A stretch of 64,000 bases of DNA, from NCBI GenBank assembly GCA_032718475.1, contig JAUCBJ010000969.1, forward strand, positions 1 through 64,000. The letters run 5' to 3'. Of this stretch, positions 22,561-36,600 are shown one piece after another. The DNA comes from Nemertoderma westbladi (lineage: Eukaryota > Animalia > Xenacoelomorpha). The notes under the pieces are model-generated. The model saw only the letters and a list, made by a program, of their open reading frames with translations, was not told where the DNA came from and did not search any database. The number at the start of each line of letters is the position of its first letter. Position 1 is the first letter of the stretch. Both the position numbers and the translations under genes were made by a program.

Positions 22561-24360
22561 TGTGACACTACAGCACTGTCAACTATCAGACTACAGGACT
22601 AGTTCCTGAGTTCAGAACTTCCATTACTGCAGTACTGTTATATTCATTTGAATTAGTTGTTACCGGCTGACCGGTATAGCATGGGGCTTATATCACATAT
22701 CAGTCAGTCTATACACAATGCGTCGCCATGCACCATGACCATTACTGACCATTATAGCAGCATTAGGCCTATGCTATGCCTATAGATCTGTAGATTGATG
22801 TGTACTGCGGTACTCGGGTAGCCTGGGTAGCAGGTAGCTAGCACACATGGCAGCGCATGCCAGTTGTCGGTTCAGAAACTAAAAAGAAAGAAAGATACGG
22901 TTTGACACTGACACACACACACACCTACACACACCCACAGACCCACCTGCATTCAGTATTTATTTAGACAACAGGATTATTTTAATTACATGTTTGCTTA
23001 CATTTGCATTACGTAACTACAGTCAGACAGTAAGTAGGCCTACCGCCAACTGGGGAGATACTAGAATCGACTTTCAAACTTCTCATCATGAGATTCTCAT
23101 GACCACTTCTCAATCTTCCTTTTATTTATTAAATTAAAGCAATTGTATAACTGAGCCTCGTCCTGCGCGATGGCCCCACGATCGTGTCATGTCCCTTATC
23201 ATATCTATCAGAATGCATATTTTCTTAGTTTGCTTTTGTCAGTTTGCTTAAAACCTTTTACCATTTATCACCACTTAATTATACACATTAGACCTCATTA
23301 ATATTTAATATCTTAATAACTAATAGACAAACTGCATTTATTTATATTGATCCTATATAATCGACGTTCTTAACTATGTACATTTCAATAGTTTTTACTG
23401 GCGGCTTTCCTGTTCTTTTTTAATTTAATTTTTAACTTTCTTTCAATTTTAATCAAATAATAAAATATAAGTTTTAAAAATGCTACCCATAATTAAATCA
23501 AGTTTTTAAATATAAATTTGTTCGTCCTATTTGTGTAAACCATAATTTTATTTATTTTATTATTATTATATTTTTATATATTTTATATATATATATATTA
23601 TATTTATTATATATTTTATTTTATAGACACCCTAGATCCCTTCCTATAATAAATGTATAATTTTATTTCACGTTTGAGTTTGTGTATTTTAAGATATTTT
23701 TAAGCCCTATGCTCTACAGCCATAATTTAAATTACTACAGTATAGGGCTTACACATGTTTTTTTAAGTATGATTTTATGCTACATACTTTCATTTACGTA
23801 CACTCTTATCAACATTAATTAGTGCTAGGTAGTCTCTCTCGGGGCAAATAACACACCCTGGTTTGCCATTCCACAGGGTGGGTGTCGCAGTGGAGTCAAA
23901 TATGAGGCCCATCACCCATACCTACTCTGGCGCACATGACCCACATTGGCTGTGCAGCTCATCTGCTGGGTCATGCCCTGTACCCCTGCTGCCAGGTGCA
24001 GGTCGCAGTGAAGTGCACTCAGAGTGGACATGAGAACACTCTACTCCTAACCAGCCATTGGTAGATCACCATCTGCCTGGCCAGGCCATATACCCCTGCA
24101 GCCAAATATATGGGTCCTTAATCCAAGACCAAAGGGCGTCTTTATCCCAGAACGAAGCCTATAGTTACAGGACCTACTGTAGTTACAGGACCAGATTTGC
24201 CCTAGTAAGAGGGTCTATGCAGCTACAGGTGGCACCTCCTTTATACTGCATGGAGGTGGCAAGTTTTCTTGATCAATGACCTACATAGAATACCCTGACC
24301 TGACCTATGCTAGGTAGTAGTAGGTAAGGTACTTAGTTTGTTTCAGGTTAAATATTGAGA

Positions 24361-24636
24361 CAGGGGGGGGGGGGGGTGGGGGGGGGGGGGGGGGGAACTG
24401 GACGCAAAACCCGCCTTGGCGAATTAACATCCCGCCTCAATGTTAAATTCTCAATTTAGGGAAAGGAGCAGGTTACAATGGCACGTTATTTTAACCAAAA
24501 CAATAAACTAAGCACAATAGAACAGGTTACAGTTTTATTTTTGAGAGTAATCAGCTGTTATTTGCGTCGAATTTCCCCTGGAGAGGGATGAATTTTATTG
24601 CGTCCAGTTCCCCCCCCCCCCCCCCCCCCCTATCTG
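24361..24636. repeat. MITE-like repeat with G/C-tract terminal inverted repeats
   Basis: Poly-G + AACTGGACGCAA ... TTGCGTCCAGTT + poly-C; related to 20028-20227. Confidence 0.7.
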
Positions 24637-24979
24637 TAAATATTATGACAGTAGTTTTATATTATGTCTGCACAGGTGCAATAAGCTTCTGCTTCCTCCA
24701 CCTCAATATTAAACATGTCTGCAAAAGGTATAAAAGCTGTTAATTTTACTATAATAGCTGGCTACTGTATAATAACACTCTTAAATGGGGTATCTTTTGG
24801 GCCATTACAGTATAATATTTAAAAAAACAACTCTGGTCTGCCATTAGCCACTACGGCCAATTAGTTAATTAATTAATGAAATTAACTGTATTGTTTGTCT
24901 ATTTGATCAATGGAGGCACGTTTCTAATGGGATAACTTGGGCCATTATAATGTTTTCAAAAGATTAAATTCATAATTCA

Positions 24980-26070
24980 AATGAAATAAAACAGGAATTT
25001 AAATTCTAGATTTACAGATCTTGTAATCGCGGCGGCTGGGATCTCGTTCCATAGTGTTGGACCCATATAAGAGAATGCGAGTTGTCCGAGTTTCGTGTTC
25101 TTGTTAGGAATTATCGGCTTCCGGTGGGCGCGACGTACATTCGTTGTCCCGCTCTCCCCGGAGAAGTTGATGAGGTCACCCAAGTACGACGGCCCATCGC
25201 CATTGCAAATTTTGTACATGTGCGATATAGTACAACGGACTCACATCGTTCTTTTAGTGGAAGCCAGTTCAATGTAGCAAATTCAGCTGCACCGATATGA
25301 GTCCGTGGACCTAAACCGAGGCAGTAACGAACGCATTTACGTTGGAGGGAATCGAGTTGGACCCGCTTTCGGTGCGCAATCGAGAAAACCCTTGCTGCGT
25401 AATCCATATGTGGCTGTATGAGAGCCATACATACTGTAGATGCGCCGAGTGCGGGGATCGAGGACAGCCCCTTGGCGGTGAAGGAATTTCAGTCGGCTGT
25501 TTCCTTTTTTTATTATTGCGGTTAACATACTGTCACCGGAGAGTGTTTCATCGAGTTCAGAGCCCAGGTACGTTACCAAATTTTCCTGGAGACCGTTCCA
25601 TCCACACGTCACTCTGAGTTCCGAACCTCTCGCAAGCCGCTGATGGGTTCCCAAAACAAATTACTTTAGTTTCGTTTAGGTTTATGCTCAGCTCGATTTT
25701 CCACACACCAACTGAATGTTCGTTCCATATTCTCGGATAATGATTGTGATATTGATTCAGCATCTGGAGCAGAAAAAAGAAGATTGCAAACTTCGTCTGC
25801 AAACTTTGGAGCCATAATATTGATAGCTTGGGGATAATCATTTGTATTTCCTGTGTAAAGATCAGGACCCAAGATAGACCCCTGGGGAAAACCGTGGTTA
25901 ACATTCAATGGTTTTGAGAACGTACTATTAAGACAGACAAATTGTTTCCGTCCAGATATATATGAAGTCAATCATTGTGTAGCAAGATCAGAGAAACCCA
26001 ACAGTTTAAACTTCTGGATTAGGAGAGAATGATTGGTTGTGTCAAAGGCTTTGCTGAAGTCGAATACCGG
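24980..26070 (-). mobile_element. Decayed CR1/L2-group LINE RT fragment
   Basis: Frameshifted pieces DFSKAFDT, SYISGRKQFV...GFPQGSILGP, VTYLGSELDETL, ALIQPHMDYA, AFSYMGPTLWN. Confidence 0.85.
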
Positions 26071-26079
26071 GTACTGAAG

Positions 26080-27557
26080 GGGTGTAAACGTTACGCCGAC
26101 AACCGAAGCCGACAACCGACAGCCGACAACCGAAACCGACAGCCGAAGACTGACAACCGACAGCCGATAACCGACAACACAAATCCGAAAACCATTATTA
26201 ACGGTAATTAAAATAACAACAATAAAAAGAGCAATTTGGTGACAGAAAAATATTAATAAACTGTAATAATAATTTCTAAACGAATTTGAGCCTTGTGTTC
26301 TTTTAAACTCTATACTTATAAAATAAATTAAGAGTACATTATTTAAGATAATGAACTATCTTTAACACCGATATAAGATTATTAAATACACTACCAATAA
26401 TTTAAAGGTCACGCATGGGTAAGAATACCAGACTTTCTGCCGTTATATTTCACTTTGCAGTTACCCCCATGTGAAGAATACCAGGTTTTCACCAAAAACA
26501 CAGGTTACTGAATCTAACCAAAACAATAAACGAATTAGTATTTGTACAGGTTATATGACAGAAATAAGCGCCCCTGGTAATCCTGGTATTCTTCACATGG
26601 GCCCACGCATGACGATATACTTGAAGAATACTGACTATCCCTAACACAGTAATGTTAGAGTATCAGAGTTTATTGGAAGGTCATGTTGTTTGACGATTAC
26701 TGGCTATCCATAATAATCATAGCAGTGATATTAGTAAGTAACCTTCTTTACACTTCCAATATAATTGAAAGATCAATTTACTTAATAGCACTCACTAGCT
26801 GCCTAACGAAACAGGCTGGCACGGTTAAGCATTGGATTACTTTGCTTGTAACATGCTCCTGTTACTATGGTTACTAAAACACCACAACAACCCGCCAATA
26901 ATGACGTAAACTTTCCGCCAATAATGACGTAAACTTTCCAATTGGGCCTTTATGGGACTACTCAATGAATGTATTGCATTCAATAGTACTGCATAAGAAG
27001 GGTACCAAACTAAAAAAAAATGTCACACAGTATACCATGTATGTCCCGGAATATAGTGTCGTAATTCAGTGACACCCCCCCCCCCCCCCCCCCCCGGCCA
27101 TGCAAGGATTCCAAATATGTAGCACAAACTGAATTTCGTTGAAAAATAGCCGAGGAGGGCGTTCAAAAGTTGCATTGTTTTGCATCAGCGCTAGGCTATT
27201 TTATTATATTTTATAAATACACCATATTCTTAAAACAAATACAAATTCTTCATATATAATATAATATACAATATATAGACCGAAAAGTGAAAACTGTCGG
27301 TTGTCTGCTGTCGGTTGTTGGCTGTCGGTTGTCTGCTGTCGGTTGTCAATTGTCGGCTTCGGTTGTCAGCTGTCGGCTGTCGGCTTCGGTTATCGGCTGT
27401 CGGTTGACGGCTGTCGGCTTCGGTTGTCAGCTGTCGGCTTCGGTTGTCAGCTGTCGGTTGTCGGCTTCGGTTATCGGCTGTCGGTTGACGGCTTCGGCTG
27501 TCGGCTTCGGTTGACGGTTATCGGCTGTCGTCGGCTGTCGGCGTAACGTTTACACCC
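26080..27557. mobile_element. Non-autonomous Mutator-like element with subterminal repeat arrays (1478 bp)
   Basis: TIR GGGTGTAAACGTTACGCCGACA / TGTCGGCGTAACGTTTACACCC; 9-bp TSD GTACTGAAG at 26071-26079 and 27558-27566; CCGACA(A/G)-type repeats inverted at the two ends; small internal inverted repeat at ~26466-26601. Confidence 0.9.
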
Positions 27558-28136
27558 GTACTGAAGCTCAATACTGTGGTAAATCCAGAAAACGATACCT
27601 AATAAATAATTCAGCTTTCTCATATCAGCATATTTAACAAGCTTCAATGTTAAGGACAAAAAGCTAAAATTTCACTGATTGAAAGTCATTTAAAGTCAAG
27701 TGGCCCATGTTACCCACAGGGTCCAAGTATCCTCATTTGACGGTATGGAGGGTAGGCCTATCGATATCAGCCTACAGAATACCTCTCTACAAACAAAATA
27801 ATTTTAAATAATAGGTCCTAGTTAAAATATTTTACTTTTTATTCTTATAATGAGATAATAAAACCGCATTCTGCTCTGTCTCAAAATCAAATCGTGTCTC
27901 TATACATGACCCGTAATACCGGTGCTGTATGCCGGGACAGTAGTGTCATTTCTATACAATACATGACCCATATTACTGTCGGTACAGTAGTGTCATTATC
28001 TGATAACATTTATATTTATTTTTTATTTATTTCTTACACAATTAGTATTAAAATGAATAGGGAGAAGAATCACCCAGGGTCCCTTCTCCCTTCCGGAAGC
28101 ACTAAGGGGTTGCCAAGATCGTAGTACATTATGTAA

Positions 28137-29187
28137 ATAGAGACGGGCCTAGCGGCCCGTGAAGCAAGTCGTAGGAGACAGTACGAGTCAAGTAAAAGCT
28201 TTTTGTTCTGTCTGATAATAAATTAGTGTGAGCGTGCGTAGTCGCGGTGGTGTACGATAAGTTTTCTAGACAACTTCAAACTATAACTATTATGTTGTAA
28301 TCATCTAATGAATTTTAAAAGGTGTTGTGATGATAGAAGATAGAGAGCAGTTAGCGAAATGATTATTTTGTTCTATCGGATAGAGTAGTCAGAGAGGAGT
28401 CGATGTGTCAATTGATTAATAATAATAACAGCAGTTGTCATGAATTCAATACAATCGCGCACAAGAAGTGATAAGACAAATTCGTTCTTATTTTTGTAAT
28501 AAATAAAACAAGTTGAGATGTTTCAATGTAAACCGCGATTAACAATTTACACTGTTCAATGTAAACCATGATATTAATTAAATACAACAATTATATTATT
28601 ATTATTACAGATTTTTATATTTCAAACTATAATGTTAGCCTTATGGAGAATCATTATGAGGCTGAGTAAACATTCAGCCTTATAAGCATACAGCCTCCAC
28701 AGTATTAATGTAGGCACAAAGATTTCAAAATAAAACAATAATTCGATGAGGACATAGTACAATACACAGTGTAGCCATCACACTGTTTAACTAACAGTCA
28801 TTTAGCATGCACGCCAATTAATTAACATTGGGAAGAGTTATTCAGCTGAGACTGTAATAGGTAATAGCCAGCTAAACCAGTTAATATTTGCTTACTGTCT
28901 GGGTTGTAGACTAGAGTGATAATACTTGGTACAGAAAGTACTTCTTTGTCAGTTGGCCCTTCCTATTGAATGCATTACCAGGCCATCAATATACATTTTT
29001 CATGAGTGCCAGCTGGTGTTTTTATCATTGCGCCTATGGCAATTTTCGTGTTTTTGGGACTATTTTTCGAAATAAAACAAGTTGAGATGTTTCAATTTAA
29101 ACCGCGATTTCACAAGTACCTATAGAAATCTATTTTCATGGTCCATGCAAAATTTCATCAAAATCGTTAGAGCCGTTTTTGCTCTAG
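28137..29187 (-). mobile_element. Non-autonomous Helitron-like element, copy A
   Basis: Minus-strand 3' hairpin CGGGCCGCTAGGCCCG followed by CTAT; several internal blocks are reverse complements of 41770-42340. Confidence 0.7.
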
Positions 29188-32100
29188 GTCAGTAGTCAGT
29201 AGCTGCTATAGTAGTCAGTAGCCATAGCCAGTAGCTTTTTTTCTTACGGTCTTACTTCAAGTCTTACGACTTGCTAACTTGCTAATTATCAGTGAAATGA
29301 AATAAAACAATTTCATAAATCGACTATGTCAATATTCCCTAATTTAATATTGATTTAATATACTGTAAGTGTCCAGAATTTAATGATTGGTCGTATGTAA
29401 CTTATAAAGGCTGTTAGCAAAAGCTATCATATTATTCGTATAAAAACAACGAAATATTAAATTTTACTTTTTTGTCTTTGCTGCCGTTCTCTTCACATTA
29501 AATATTAAACTTCAAATTGGAGAAAATAATGACGCCTACAGTAGATCTACATAGATCTATAAATTTATCATCCGACTTAATTAAAATTCCATTAAAAAAA
29601 ATATAATCTACTGTAGCTATCTTTCTTAGCACCCATAATGGAGAACTGTAGGCCTTTGTCAACTGCTACAGTAGTTCGAGCTGCCAGATTTTGGTCCAAA
29701 TTTATAATATGAGAATGGTTGAAGCCAAGAGATGGCTGTCTTTACTCTTAGCACATTTTAACAGTCCTCAGCATCCATCGCAACTCTATAATTTTTTTGG
29801 AAGTAATTCTGTCACTGCAATAATATCAGTTGAGAAATCGGTTATTGCAGCAGTTTGCAGTTCTGAGTTTATTTATAAGAATATCTGTGCATTGGTTTAT
29901 TACATTAATTTTAGTTTCTTTACCAACTGCCCTGAACATGCTGCAGCAGCCACAGCTGTTGCAATATCCCTAGCTGCAGCCTGAAGGGACGGTAGGTAGG
30001 CCTAGTCAATCGAACTTTTCGCTATCATTGGAACCACCAATGTACAGTAGTACAGTTTCCCACAATGTGGATGTTGCGTTAGTTAGTGTAATTCCAACAT
30101 GATGATGTCGTGTTTGGTGCTGTTGCATCATTTCCCTTAGCTTCAATCTTGCTTTGTACTCTACTTCCCATTTGAACTTAGACATGTCACGGTCAAAATA
30201 GTAGCGGCAGTCTCCATCACTCCTGTAAATGACCGCCTGAAGCCCTGATGGCTACAGTATAACTTTATCAGTTTCCTCAGCTGAGCTAAATGTTAGCAGT
30301 AGTGGGGCGGGATGTTACGAAAGTGTCGTTTTTCATAGCTTATCTTCTAGCTGTCAGGCTGTCTAGTATCATTTTGTTTCTGTTAATTAGTTACAGTATG
30401 TTTTCCTGGGATCCCACGGACAACTACTATACATTGCACTTTCGCTTGGTATTTAAGTGAATAGTCTTTTCAATTGAGTTATGTGTCCATTTTATTTATG
30501 CACAGCTCCACTATCCCCATAATCCATGTAACCCCATCCCATAGTGATATATGTGTACAGCAATATAGCCATTCAGATACACGGCTAGCCCCACCACTAA
30601 TTCGTGCTGGTAATTCTGCTATTTGTAGTTTGCCTGTCTATTTCCATTGGTCGGCTCAGAAAGTAGTCTACACTCAGCCTGTCAGCTACACAGTTAGTGA
30701 GTACTCATTGGCTACTACTGTCAGACTGCACCTAGTGGCCGTCCTTCTACGACCATTGTATTTATAGTTTAGCTGTGGTTCACTGTAATATTATTTACCA
30801 ACACGAACACAACCATTCCTAACAAACATATTTAAGATCAATGGATGGCAATCAGGCAATATCGTATCAATCATCAATGGTATGAGTACGGTAATAAGTA
30901 TGTACTTACTGTACCCTACAGTATACCTAGACAGCTAGACCTTTCGAACATGTCTTGTTAGTAATTCCTAATAAGTGATAACGCCTACTTGTTTGCAACG
31001 TAGTGAAACAGAACACCTTAGGCCTACTTATAAATTGGGTTACGCGATCTAACTTTATATTACCACTGAAAACGGTTAACTTTTAACTTTTTGTCTTAAA
31101 AGCCAGAAAGCCTCGACAATTTTATATGAAATTCGATATTTGTTTAACTTTATCTTGTTGAACTTTCAAGTTATCTGTATTTTTTAATTATGATTTTGAT
31201 GATTTTTTAATGAAGATTTTTGGCTATGGTTACTGTATAACCATTTCCAACACTTCAATCTTAGCTTATAGTTCAGCCCGCGGGTGTATCGGTAACGGGC
31301 CTAAACTCATGAGATGTGTCCTATGGACAGGACATTTCTACTGTGTATTCTCTCCCGCTGTAAAAACGATTCTCATCCGCCATATTGTGACGGGATCGAT
31401 GGATCCCGATTTATCCAGTTGGGTTTTCTATCTACGCGTCCCCGCCGTGTGTGTAAAAGGGTTAGTTTAGAGTTCTGAAGTTCTTTGATCGATATGTGTA
31501 AAATACAATGCATAGAGTGATATAAGCACAGTTAATAGGATTAAAGTGAGCAAATGATATACCGGTAGGTAAGTATTACATATGGTGGCGACGGTAGACA
31601 GTAATAGAAGTTCCCGTTCCACCCTAACTGAACTGATTAACTAAACTGAGCAAATAACATGGTTACCGGTAGTATATATTGCACCGTTGGCCGCATTACA
31701 TTACTCAGTCGATGCTTGCCCTCCCATTGGCTGATAACCTAGTTGTCTCCCTCTCATCTCCCTGGGAGTGTTTCCCCTTGCTGCTGTGATTCCCTCTCTC
31801 TCTCAGGGGTGTAACCCCTGACCCCTATTGTGTGTATGTCCTCTGGGGTTTGTCGCCCCGTTTATTGGGGTGATACAAGGTTGATTGGTAATCAACCTTG
31901 TACTCCCAATATTGCTTTAGGGTCTCGCTGGCCCAACTTTATGGGGGTTGGTGAGGCGGAATTGAATACGCTCACACTCCCCCCATGCTATCTTCCCGGT
32001 GAGAAGATAGCATCAACCTCTAAGTGCGCTTCAATTCCGCTGGAACTTGATCTACTATCGGGTGTGGGGTGGAGTTATTTTTTCTTGGAGTCGGCTTTCC

Positions 32101-32584
32101 AGGCCGCTCCCTATGGGTATGATGTCACTACCCTCTGGCGTCTCATGTTGGGCCGATCGTGCGCTTCTTTCACACAACTTTTGTTTCCCCAACACTCTCA
32201 CCACTCCTAACTCCGCTCTAACTCCTCCACTCGAACTCCGCTCTAACTCTGCTCTTACTCTCTCCCCACACCTGAATCGCACTCTAACTTCTCTCTCGCC
32301 AACAACTCCATACTCCTCTCTACTCTCTGCCACTCCCTAAGGCCCTAATCTCTAATGTTACCCCTGTGCTATCATACTATCTACCTTACTACTTACTTAC
32401 TAACTATCTAACTCTCCTACTCTCTACTAACTCTCCGACTCTAACTAGCTCTACTAAGTTTAACTCCTACTAACTTCTTCTAAGTCTCTAACTCCTAACT
32501 CTACTAAGTCTCTTAACTCTTACTACTTCTAGCTCTAACTAAAAACCTCTAACTTTCTACTAACACTAACTCTACTTACTACTT

Positions 32585-32950
32585 TCTACGTGGCACTTGC
32601 GGTGCCCACAACCACTCTGCTTACTGGCACCCTATGTGCCCGTCTCTACTACTCTACTACCTGGCACCCTATGTGCCCTCTTTACTACTCTACTACCTCT
32701 ACATCTCCACCTCCACTACTACCTCTATCTACGTGGCGCTTGCGGTGCCCACAACCACTCTGCTGCTACCTCTACGTGGTGCTTTCAGTGCCCACAACCA
32801 CCCTGCTGCTACCTCTACGTGGCGCTTTCGGTGCCCATGACCACCCTACTACTACCTATCTACGTGGCGCTTGCGGTGCCCACAACCACTCTCTGCTACT
32901 ACTTCTACGTGGCGCTTCCGGTGCCCACAACCACCTACTACTACTCGTGG
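32585..32950. repeat. ~40-bp tandem repeats in the 3' non-coding part of BEL element 2
   Basis: Repeated CTACGTGGCGCTTGCGGTGCCCACAACCAC units. Confidence 0.85.
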
Positions 32951-33682
32951 CATGACAATATGCCACACTCCCTTACACACCGACTTCTAACTTAACTATC
33001 TTCTAACTACTTACTATCTTCTACTACTTCTGACTTCTACTTACTTACTTTATCTAACTTTCTATTTATTTTTATTATTTAATTATTTTTATTATTTATA
33101 TTTTTAATTAAATAATTAATTTTTGTGGGAAGGGCGTCTCGCCCTCATTCCCACCCCCCTCAGTCCAAATATTGGACGACTAAACTCTAACTCCCACTCT
33201 TGATCTTCCATCGACTCTTTCCAGGAGGCATTCTCCCACTGGCCCCCTATGCGTCCCCTTATTCTTCACCACACTCTCTCTGCCAATTCCAACTCACCAG
33301 GAATTGGTTCTCCCTCTTCCGCCACCCTGAAATCGGGTCTCTCCGCCTCCTTCTTAACTATCTCGTCTCCTGGCATCAAAATGCCACCTCCCACCTTGTT
33401 ATCTCCCAGCGGCAGAATGAATAGAAAGTGAAAGAACAGGCAAAACAGAAGGTACAATAGTAGTCTTATCCCTTTCCATCCTGTCTTCCTTCTCGACTTC
33501 CCCCTTGTCGGTATGCCTCTCAACCGGACCGGCGTCTCTTCCGGACACTCCTCTGGACACTCCTCCGGCACTCCTCCGGACTATTGTCCTCCTGACACTC
33601 CACCGGACACTCCTCCGGTTTGTCCTCCGGACATCTCGCCGTCCGCTCCTCTCCATCTCCATACCGATACTTGCTGGGAAAT

Positions 33683-36600
33683 CTATTCTCCTCCGCCCAC
33701 TCTCTTACTGTTACTTCCCTGTCTGGCTCTACTATCTCCTCCGGTTTCTTCTCTTCGTCCTCTGTGTCTACGGTGCCTGGTAACATGCACCCTGATGTCT
33801 CTGTCACACTGCGATGGGATCTTGGTTTTAACTGGGCCGCTAAGCGTCCATCCGAACGGCGTGAGGATCGCCGTCGGGTCCCGCTGCCTGTCTTCGCCGA
33901 AGACCGTCTGTGTTCTCTCGTGGGCCGTCGGGCAGTCCATTCCTACTATAATGGATACCTTCCTAACGTCCACCTCTGGTATTGAGAAATCGATACCGTC
34001 CAGGAATGTATATTGTTCGACTTCGATGTTGGTTGGTCGCCTGGCGTTGATATTTATCGATTCTATCACGTGGATGGGGTCGATCGTCGCCCCATAGTCG
34101 CATCCCGGTGCAATCGCTGATATCCTGCACCGTCCCGTCCTCATCTCCAGGACCTCATCTTTACTTGAGACGGTAGTTACCGCCATTCTATTCGGCCTTG
34201 TCTTTAGCCCTATCTCTTCGGCCACCCAGTTCTCCACCAGCGTGAAGGCTGCTCCGCTGTCGACCAGCATTAATGTCGTTACTGATCGACCGCCCTCTCC
34301 TGATATCTTCACTGGTACTACCCCGAGTAGTACTTTTCTCTTGTTTCTTGCCACTGTCGTGCTTGTAGCCATTGTTTGGCCTCCAGTCTCGGATCTCTCT
34401 GCTGTTTCTCTACACTCTCCGGATCTGTGTCCTTCTACCACACATCGATGACATAGTCCGTTTGCGTCTGTGTAGGCTATACGATCTTGTTTGGGCAATG
34501 CTTGCCAGTGCTTACAACTCATGGTCTTATGGGTTCCGTCCCGATGTAATTGACATTCGAATCCTGGATTATAGCGTTCCCTGTATAGTCCTTCACGTAT
34601 CGCGCGTAGGTTTATATCTACCGATTTAGTGTTTTGGTTATCTGTACTCGGCCTACTGGGTATGTTGGGATTATGTTTATTTATGGTGTTATTTTCTTTC
34701 TGTCCCTGCCACGGTGTGGCCCTACTCCCAGCTAACTGTGGCTGCAGCCCCTGTGTGGCCGCGTGTGGTAGCGACTGTCTTACTCTTGAGAATGGATCTG
34801 TCGGATTATGTTCGGGTCCAGGCCTGTTGTATTCGGTCTTTGGTGCCTTCCCCAAACTATCCTCACTATAGACTGGGTCTGTAATTAATTCGGCTTCATA
34901 GTTTAGGAAGCTCGACATTTCTTCTAGGCCCGGTTCCGCACCTTTCTTCTCCCGAGTGGAGAAGGCGATCTTCCTCCACTTGCTCCGCAGCCAGATCGGC
35001 AGTGCCTGCGCTATCGTGGTGATGTTATTAGATGCGTTGAGTTCGTATGGCGCGTCTAGCGTCTTTAACACGATTAACGCCTTCTCGACCTTGTTCGCGA
35101 AGGTCTTTATGCTAACGGGGTTATCCTGTAGGCCACCCGATGTTATACCTCTCAGGGTTTGCCGGATGATCTTGGCTGGGTGTCCGTATTCCCTGTCTAG
35201 CGCCCGCCATGCTGTCGTGAAGCCGCCCTCGATGCCCTGGTACTGCCTCACGATGTCGTATGCTGGGCCTCCTGTATACACCTGTAGATATTTTAGGCAC
35301 TCCGCCTGCGTCAAGTTCTTACTTAATATCTCGTTACTGTACATGCGCCGAAACTGCAGGTATTCTTCCGGCCTACTTCCGTCGAATTTAAATGGCTCGA
35401 CTGGTGGTAACTCGATCCTGGTCTTTAATGCATCGATTAGCGTCGCCATTCCCATCACCTGTGCTTCCAATGGGTTCGAGGGATGCTGTACAGATTCTTC
35501 TATTGGGTATGATCCGTTCGTCCTATCTGCTGTTGATCTAACTTGTTGCGTCGGATATATCATTGGGAGTAATGGCCCCCTCCATATTTCCGTGTCGCAC
35601 GACCTGTTCTCGTCCAGGGGGTTCGATGTTCTTATTGCTGTTTGAGTATATTGTTGATATTGTAATGGGGGAATGTCACCCTGTCCCCCCCCCCCCCCAC
35701 CAGTATGTTTGGTACTGGGGTTGATGTTAATATATTGGGGCCCATACATCTATCTACAATAACTCTCCCCTCCCCTGGATATATGTTATGTCCCTGTGTA
35801 TTATAGTCATGCTGCTGTACCGGTACCGATATAGGCCTATCTACTTCTCGCCTACCTACCGGTATGTACTCCACGACTTCCGGGTTTAATCCCGTCGTCC
35901 GCGCTACCCTATCGCCTACTCTATCTCTCCCAGCATGGCCTATAATAGTATGTGCAGTAAGGCCTACAGTATGTCCTGCAGTCTGCATGTGCCCTTCCGA
36001 ACCGAAGTTTATTCTTCGCGAATCTCGAATCTCCCCGTGACTACCGTACTCTCGATCGGCAGCTATATCCCGTCGGGAAGTTTCTCTTCGATCCTCACTT
36101 CTGTTCTCGACTTCGTATCGGTACATCCTGTACCCCTCTCTTGGCGTGTGGTGCGTTTCTCCGGGGCGACGGCAATCTCCCGAAGTTCGACCCCACTGAC
36201 TCCCTAACCCCATCTCTACTATCGACGGCTCGCTATCCGTCCTCGCTCTCCGGTTGCTCCTAGCAACGACTCTTCTATTATCTTCACTCCTTCTCTCTTC
36301 GACCTCTCGGTTAAACTCTACTAATCTTCTTCTATCTTCGACCTCTCTATTAAACTCTACTAATCTTCTCTCTTCTGTCTGGGCTCGACGTTCCGTCGCC
36401 CGCCCTCTCACGACGTCAACCTGTCTCTCTCTGCTCGATCGCACGCCGCTGGGGATACACGCAATCCCCCTATTATTCTCCATCGCCGGGTGTGTGGTTT
36501 ACCTAATTCGGCCCGCGCATTATCCGCCGACGCCTGTGGGACACTCTCTGCCCCCCCTTCTCGTTACTAATCTCTCGTGGTGGGGCGCCCGTAGCCCCCC

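Noticed and set aside
20028-24636. Inverted MITE relatives flanking HGSNAT as a composite transposon
   Set aside because: Each copy has its own termini, the copies are diverged, and no shared outer TSD was found; likely independent insertions.
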